A stretch of DNA of 64,000 nt from Candidatus Pacearchaeota archaeon (GTDB taxonomy: Archaea > Nanobdellota > Nanobdellia > Pacearchaeales > GW2011-AR1), in NCBI GenBank assembly GCA_018303855.1, contig JAGVXI010000007.1, positions 12,143 through 76,142 on the forward strand. Direction: 5' to 3'. Under the pieces are notes generated by a model. That model did no database searches and was not told the origin of the DNA. It saw only the letters and a program-made list of their open reading frames with translations. Below, piece by piece: positions 59,182-64,000 of this stretch. Within the stretch, counting starts at the first letter, position 1; each line of letters starts with the position of its first letter. The translations under genes were made by a program, and so were the position numbers.

Positions 59182-60023
59182 AACGTATTGACTAGCTTAA
59201 CATCTGCAACCATTTGTTTTAATCGTTCTTGAATTGACATGGCAGGATAATGATTTATTATTCTATTTCTTGGCAATGGTTCATAACATAAAGCATTCCA
59301 TTTTGAATCAAGCCATTTTACTTTTTCTAACCATTTGCTTTTGGGATTGTTTATTATTTTTTTATTAATATTCTTAAATCCCAGCTTATTTTTAGATTTT
59401 TGCGTGAATCCTAATTTTTTAAAGCTCAACATTTTTTTTAGTTTTGGAATATAATTTCTTATTTTTAGTTTATGAGCTATGCCAAGTAAAAACTCCTTGA
59501 ATGGTTTTCTGTCAATTATGTGTTTATATCCGAGTACATCATCTAGTGCTGCATTTTCCCAGAGTTTATTGTAGATGTATTGTTTTTTGTTCCATATTAC
59601 CTGCAAAAGTTGTTTTGACCAGTTGCTATTACATATTAACATCACGCCAGTTGATGGTCTGTCTTGCCCTTGAGCATTAAATTTAGTCAAATAAACATCC
59701 TTATTGGGAGAAATTTCTTTGGCAATATCTTTGTCAAATCTCATAAATATTGTATCAGAGTCAACCCAAAAAACAAAATCATAATCTTTTTGACTATTAA
59801 GAAGCTGCCTGATAATGGCAATTTTGTTCCATGCTGGAGGTCTCGTAGTTAAGGGCTTTGTGTAAGCTATTATATCATACCCGTATTTTTCAGCGTATCT
59901 TCGCATTCCCTTAAGACAAATTTTTCCGATGTGTTCAAAATTCTTGTCAAAAAAGGTGGTTAAGCAAATTTTGGGCTTTTGTTCTTTTATTTTATCCTTC
60001 ATTTTGTTAATAACCATCAGCAC
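59172..60023 (-). CDS. GT34-like glycosyltransferase, paralogue 2
   Basis: 'WNKIAIIRQLL...DFVFWVDSDTIF' and 'STGVMLICNSNWS'. Confidence 0.5.
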   Translation of the reverse strand: MLMVINKMKDKIKEQKPKICLTTFFDKNFEHIGKICLKGMRRYAEKYGYDIIAYTKPLTTRPPAWNKIAIIRQLLNSQKDYDFVFWVDSDTIFMRFDKDIAKEISPNKDVYLTKFNAQGQDRPSTGVMLICNSNWSKQLLQVIWNKKQYIYNKLWENAALDDVLGYKHIIDRKPFKEFLLGIAHKLKIRNYIPKLKKMLSFKKLGFTQKSKNKLGFKNINKKIINNPKSKWLEKVKWLDSKWNALCYEPLPRNRIINHYPAMSIQERLKQMVADVKLVNTFYF

Positions 60024-60067
60024 TGGTAAACCATTTATTCCCGACTTTTAAATATATATCTTTTATA

Positions 60068-61609
60068 CTACTTATGTTTGAATATTTTCTTCTTAATGCT
60101 CCTCAAAATCAAAAAATCATTTTTATCCAGACAACCAGTTGCAAATATTAGGATTAAATAAATAAGCAAGAATAATATGCCAATTAAGATTAAGCTTAGA
60201 TTATTAATTGGAACAATCTCTTTTAAATAAAAGAGTATAAAAATTGGGATAAGTGAAACAGAAAAAATTCTTAGCATTTTTCTTCTAAAAGGAAATGCCT
60301 TTGTTAATGAATATGTTTGTGTTATTAACCCAATACTCATCATCACATTAACAAAACTAGTTGATAGGGCTGCACCAATTAAACCATATTTTGGAATAAG
60401 AAGTAGCCCCAAAATAAGATTAAAAAGAGATGCTAAAATTAAATTTAATAGGAGTAGCTTTGATTTTCCAGCCATAGAGATTATGTTAGTTGTTATTGGA
60501 ATAACTAAAGCTGCAATCAATCCTCCTACCGCAATAATCCTTAAAGGTTCTTGGGCAATAATGTACCCGGGTCCAAAAAGTAAATTAACAATTGCTTCTG
60601 GAAATAGTATTAAAAGTAAAAAAATCGGCAGAATTATAATAAAAATCCATTTACTAACTTGTTTAGTTAATTCCCGTATCACTATAAAATTCCTGTTTGA
60701 AAATTCTTTTGTAATTAATGGAAAAAAAAGCTGCATAAATAATTCTGGTGCAATGCCCATTACTCCTACAATTGTGATGGCAACATTATAAAACCCAACA
60801 CTAGAAACATCCATAAAATACCCAATTATGAATGAATCTATTTCATAAAATATTGAGGTCATAAGAGAGAAAAACATAATAGGCCATGAATATGAAAAAA
60901 ATTTCTTTATTTCTTCTTTTTTTATTTTTTGATTAATGATGTATGGCCCAAATATTTCTGGAACCTTGTATCTACAAATTAGATAAGCTACTATAAAAAC
61001 ACTCATAATTCCTGCAGCATAAGACCAGATAATTGCATTTGTTTTAAATCCCATCAAAACAAATAAGATTAGGGCAAAAACCTTGGCAAAATTAATCAAG
61101 ATATTTGAAACAAAAGAGTACCATCCAATTTTTTCATATGCCCTGATTATTGAAGCAAAGACTCTTGAAAAAACATAAAATGGGATAAACAAGCTAAAAA
61201 CTTTTAAGAAGATAATTAACTCAGGCGTATGGAATATTTTTACAGCAATAAAATCAGCTGAGACATACATCATAATCGCAGCAAAGACTGTGGAAAAAGA
61301 CAGGAATATCAGAGAAAATCTTAAGATATTTTTTATTTTAGCAATTTCTTTTTTTCCGCGATATAAAGAGACAAATCTAAGGACTCCTCTAGCTAAACCA
61401 AATGCGGCAATAACTGTAAACCACCCTAAAATCATAATAGCCAAAGAGAACATTCCGTAAATTTCTGGGCCAAAATATCTTGCAAGAATTACTTTATACA
61501 CATAAGTGAATAGTTTTGATAAAGTCAAACCAATAAGAACAACTATAGAGGATTTTATAATTAATTTAAGCCCTCTATTTACCTCTTCATTTTCGTGATG
61601 TTCATCCAT
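60068..61609 (-). CDS. MOP-superfamily polysaccharide flippase (Wzx-like)
   Basis: 513 aa with about 14 TM segments, as expected for Wzx/PST family transporters. Confidence 0.65.
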   Translation of the reverse strand: MDEHHENEEVNRGLKLIIKSSIVVLIGLTLSKLFTYVYKVILARYFGPEIYGMFSLAIMILGWFTVIAAFGLARGVLRFVSLYRGKKEIAKIKNILRFSLIFLSFSTVFAAIMMYVSADFIAVKIFHTPELIIFLKVFSLFIPFYVFSRVFASIIRAYEKIGWYSFVSNILINFAKVFALILFVLMGFKTNAIIWSYAAGIMSVFIVAYLICRYKVPEIFGPYIINQKIKKEEIKKFFSYSWPIMFFSLMTSIFYEIDSFIIGYFMDVSSVGFYNVAITIVGVMGIAPELFMQLFFPLITKEFSNRNFIVIRELTKQVSKWIFIIILPIFLLLILFPEAIVNLLFGPGYIIAQEPLRIIAVGGLIAALVIPITTNIISMAGKSKLLLLNLILASLFNLILGLLLIPKYGLIGAALSTSFVNVMMSIGLITQTYSLTKAFPFRRKMLRIFSVSLIPIFILFYLKEIVPINNLSLILIGILFLLIYLILIFATGCLDKNDFLILRSIKKKIFKHK

Positions 61610-61646
61610 ATTAACTACTTAGAAAAAATTAGTTTTTAAACATTGT

Positions 61647-62780
61647 TTAGAATAAATCTTTAAGCATTTTCCTTAGAACTATTTCTGTAAATTTTCTGGG
61701 ATTATTAGATAATCTTCTTGGATTGGGAGATTCCGCCATTTTGTAGATATCCTCTTCTTTTAAGCCAAGCCCACTAAGCCTTGTTTCTAAACCTATTTCA
61801 TCCATAAGCTTGCTTATTTTTTGTTTCAATTTCTTTGGGGTAGGACAACCACAAAATTTACATAAATCTAATATAGTTTGCCTGACATAGGTAAATCCTC
61901 TTTCATCATTACACTCTTCTTGAGTCGTGCCAGCATTATATCCCAAAACTGATCCAAGAGTCATAGCAACTGCATGTCCATGAGGAACCCGATGGTTAAT
62001 TGTTAGGTAGTAAGATAATGCATGAGGTGCTGTTGTTAGGGTAATATTAATTGCCTTCCCTGATAAATTTGCAGCACGAGACATCGCAATTCTTGATCCG
62101 ATTGTATTCTTCTTAACTGCATCTTCAAGATTCTGAAAACAAAGAGTTATTGCTTTTTTTGAAAATTTTTTTGAGTTATAATTGGAATTAATGCTCCAAT
62201 AAGATTCCATAGCTTGGGAAAGAGCATCTATTCCTGTTGAAGCAGTTATTTTTTGGGGAAGAGTCATCGTTAACAAAGGATCAATTAAGGAATAACCAGG
62301 AATTAAGAATTTGTGATGTAAAGAAATTTTTTCATGTCCACTAGTTATAACAGAAAAACCTGTAGCTTCACTGCCAGAACCAGAAGTTGTTGGAATTGCA
62401 ACTAATGGCTTACCTTTATTTTTTATTTGCCGGATTTTGTTTAAATAGTCAGTAGGTGGAAATTCCTGCTGTGATAAGACATTAATTGATTTAGCTATGT
62501 CCAGTGCACTACCACCACCTACTGCAATAACTAAATCACAATCATCATCAAAACTAAAAATCCCCTTTTCTAAATCACTAATGGTAGGATCTGGTGAAAA
62601 ATCTGTAAAATGAACTAATTTATAATTTAGGAACATTGATGAAAGTTTATCTTTAGCCCCTGAAATAATATAAGAGTTTTTTCCGGTTACAAGGAATATT
62701 TTTTTTGGTTTTTCTAAATCCAATATCTCTGGTAACTTTTCAATAATTCCCACACCAAAATATTCCTTTTGTTTAATCAT
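61647..62780 (-). CDS. group III iron-containing alcohol dehydrogenase, phosphonoacetaldehyde reductase-like
   Basis: 'DLVIAVGGGSALDIAKSI' and 'HGHAVAMTLG' are the metal/NAD motifs of Fe-ADH. It overlaps the upstream ThDP gene by 8 nt. Confidence 0.7.
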   Translation of the reverse strand: MIKQKEYFGVGIIEKLPEILDLEKPKKIFLVTGKNSYIISGAKDKLSSMFLNYKLVHFTDFSPDPTISDLEKGIFSFDDDCDLVIAVGGGSALDIAKSINVLSQQEFPPTDYLNKIRQIKNKGKPLVAIPTTSGSGSEATGFSVITSGHEKISLHHKFLIPGYSLIDPLLTMTLPQKITASTGIDALSQAMESYWSINSNYNSKKFSKKAITLCFQNLEDAVKKNTIGSRIAMSRAANLSGKAINITLTTAPHALSYYLTINHRVPHGHAVAMTLGSVLGYNAGTTQEECNDERGFTYVRQTILDLCKFCGCPTPKKLKQKISKLMDEIGLETRLSGLGLKEEDIYKMAESPNPRRLSNNPRKFTEIVLRKMLKDLF

Positions 62781-63903
62781 GCTCCAAAAATTTCATAAAA
62801 ACTGTTTTATTCTCTAAAGGGGTTTTTGTCGGCCTTCCTAAATCTAATCTGGAGCCATTCTTAACTTTAATAACCAGCATTGCTGGACCTTTCAAATAGT
62901 TTATTTTATTAATTGCAGTTATCACTTGTTTTTTTGTGTAAACAATTTTAGCAAAGCCATATCCAGAAGCCAATGCTATTTTTTTAAAGTCTACAGTATT
63001 TGAAACAGTTGGTTGCCCGCCTGTAGACTCGTGAGAATTATTATCAAAAATTAAGTGCAAGATATTTTTTGGTTTATAGTGCCCTATTGTAGCTAATGTC
63101 CCAAGTTGCATCAAAACAGCCCCATCGCCATCAAGGATGACGATTTTTCTATTTGGGATCTGCAAGGCAATTCCAAAAGCAATTGAAGAAGCACACCCCA
63201 TACTTCCGACTGTATAAAAATCATGTGGTTTATGATGTTTAGATATCCTATATTCAAATAATTCTCTTGAGGCTTTGCCTGTTGTGGAGATAATTGCTTC
63301 AGACCCACTAAGTGAGTCCAATATTGTTTTAATTGCTTCTTCTCTTGTCATCTCATACGTCTGCTTATAATTAATTCTTGAAGAATATTTAGTAAAAGTT
63401 TCTTTTTTGATGATTATAGCAACTGGCTGATTTTTTTCTACTGCAATTTGCTTAGCTTTAGATATAATTAAATCTACTTTCTCTTTGTTATCTGGCATAA
63501 TAGCGTATGGAATCTCAAGTGTTTTAAGTAAAGGAACCATGATCCTGCCCATCTTTTTATGCTGAGGTTCATCTTTGTTTCCTGGTTCCCCTCTCCATCC
63601 AATCATTAGAATTAAGGGAATAGAATATACTTCTTTATCGCATAGAGATGTTAGAGGATTAACTGCTTTTCCTAACCCCGCATTTTGCATGTAAACAACT
63701 CCAACCTTTCCAGTTGCTAAATGATATCCTGTTGCAATGGCAGTTGCTTCACACTCATTACAAGCTATAATATTAGTAAGTTTTTTATTATGCTTATCAG
63801 CAAGAAAACTCATCCAGTCTTTAAAAACAGAGTCTGGCACACCTGTAAAAAAGGTAAGATCATTTTTTTTAAAAATTTCAAAGAGGTCTTCACAGATTAT
63901 CAT
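62773..63903 (-). CDS. small two-domain ThDP-dependent decarboxylase, phosphonopyruvate decarboxylase-like. The alternative is sulfopyruvate decarboxylase.
   Basis: About 376 aa with Pyr and PP domains. 'FTGVPDS' sits near the N-terminus. The ThDP motif is 'LDGDGAVLMQ...FDNNSHESTGGQP' (GDG...NN). The start is placed at the ATG at 63903; the track's 63957 start is a TTG. Confidence 0.5.
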   Translation of the reverse strand: MIICEDLFEIFKKNDLTFFTGVPDSVFKDWMSFLADKHNKKLTNIIACNECEATAIATGYHLATGKVGVVYMQNAGLGKAVNPLTSLCDKEVYSIPLILMIGWRGEPGNKDEPQHKKMGRIMVPLLKTLEIPYAIMPDNKEKVDLIISKAKQIAVEKNQPVAIIIKKETFTKYSSRINYKQTYEMTREEAIKTILDSLSGSEAIISTTGKASRELFEYRISKHHKPHDFYTVGSMGCASSIAFGIALQIPNRKIVILDGDGAVLMQLGTLATIGHYKPKNILHLIFDNNSHESTGGQPTVSNTVDFKKIALASGYGFAKIVYTKKQVITAINKINYLKGPAMLVIKVKNGSRLDLGRPTKTPLENKTVFMKFLEHD

Positions 63904-63916
63904 TTTGATTACACTT

Positions 63917-64000
63917 TTAAGTTTTATATTCTGCTGTATAAGTTCTGGTTGAACCAACAGGCTCTAAAACCTCTTTTATAGAGGAGCATATTTCTTCAGC
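63917..64000 (-). CDS. 3' end of a further upstream gene on the minus strand that runs off the window. Its product is unknown; this is where PEP mutase would be expected.
   Basis: The frame is open from the window edge to a TAA at 63917-63919 (C-terminal ...AEEICSSIKEVLEPVGSTRTYTAEYKT). It ends 14 nt before the ThDP gene's ATG. Confidence 0.3.
   Translation of the reverse strand, partial: AEEICSSIKEVLEPVGSTRTYTAEYKT

Noticed and set aside
62773-63957. Track start at 63957 for the ThDP decarboxylase
   Set aside because: Position 63955-63957 reads TTG on the coding strand. The first ATG is at 63903, and it gives an N-terminus (MIICEDLFEIFKKNDLTFFTGVPDS) typical of Ppd/ComDE starts. It also removes the overlap with the upstream ORF's stop at 63917.
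1-64000. CRISPR arrays, tRNA/rRNA genes, integrases/transposases, toxin-antitoxin or restriction systems
   Set aside because: I looked for short regular direct repeats, GC-rich clover-leaf islands in intergenic gaps, and DDE/Tyr-recombinase motifs. None was found; intergenic regions are short and uniformly AT-rich.

Overview
This is a low-GC (about 30%), AT-rich archaeal window in the style of a small-genome DPANN archaeon. No rRNA, tRNA, CRISPR array, integrase or transposase is recognisable. Positions 1-7805 carry the 3' part of the conserved archaeal spc ribosomal-protein operon (uL24, eS4, uL5, uS14, uS8, uL6, eL32, eL19, uL18, uS5, uL30, uL15, SecY). It is syntenic with other archaea except for one extra 104-aa ORF wedged between uS14 and uS8, and for the absence of adk/cmk after secY. 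A minimal DUF106/YidC-like membrane protein, a prefoldin-alpha-like protein and a polytopic membrane protein follow. From about 10.2 kb to the window end (about 54 kb, roughly 50 genes) runs one contiguous cell-surface glycosylation island. It contains two tandem AglB/STT3 oligosaccharyltransferase paralogues with patches of near-identical DNA, an AglH/WecA-like phospho-HexNAc transferase, two MOP-type flippases and many glycosyltransferases (GT2, GT4, a GT-C enzyme and two GT34-like enzymes). It also carries dTDP- (RmlA/RmlB) and GDP- (Gmd plus DegT) deoxysugar genes, four further SDR epimerase/reductases, two DegT aminotransferases, a C-methyltransferase::RmlC-cupin fusion, a B12-radical-SAM enzyme, a partial nucleotide-heptose module (GmhB, an HldE-domain-II-like NTase and a GalT/HIT-like protein) and three small paralogous methyltransferases. 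The candidate novel system lies in the last 19 kb. It comprises a 916-aa four-domain fusion (two LicC/PntC-like cytidylyltransferase domains, a P-loop kinase and a histidine phosphatase), a CDP-alcohol phosphotransferase-like membrane protein, a soluble alkaline-phosphatase-superfamily enzyme with Thr at the nucleophile position, and at the edge a phosphonopyruvate-decarboxylase-like ThDP enzyme with a group-III Fe-alcohol dehydrogenase. An upstream gene runs off the window where PEP mutase would be expected. Together these suggest a phosphonate (2-HEP/2-AEP) or phospho-alcohol headgroup that is cytidylylated and transferred onto the glycan or lipid. All functional calls come from motif recognition by eye; no database search was run.
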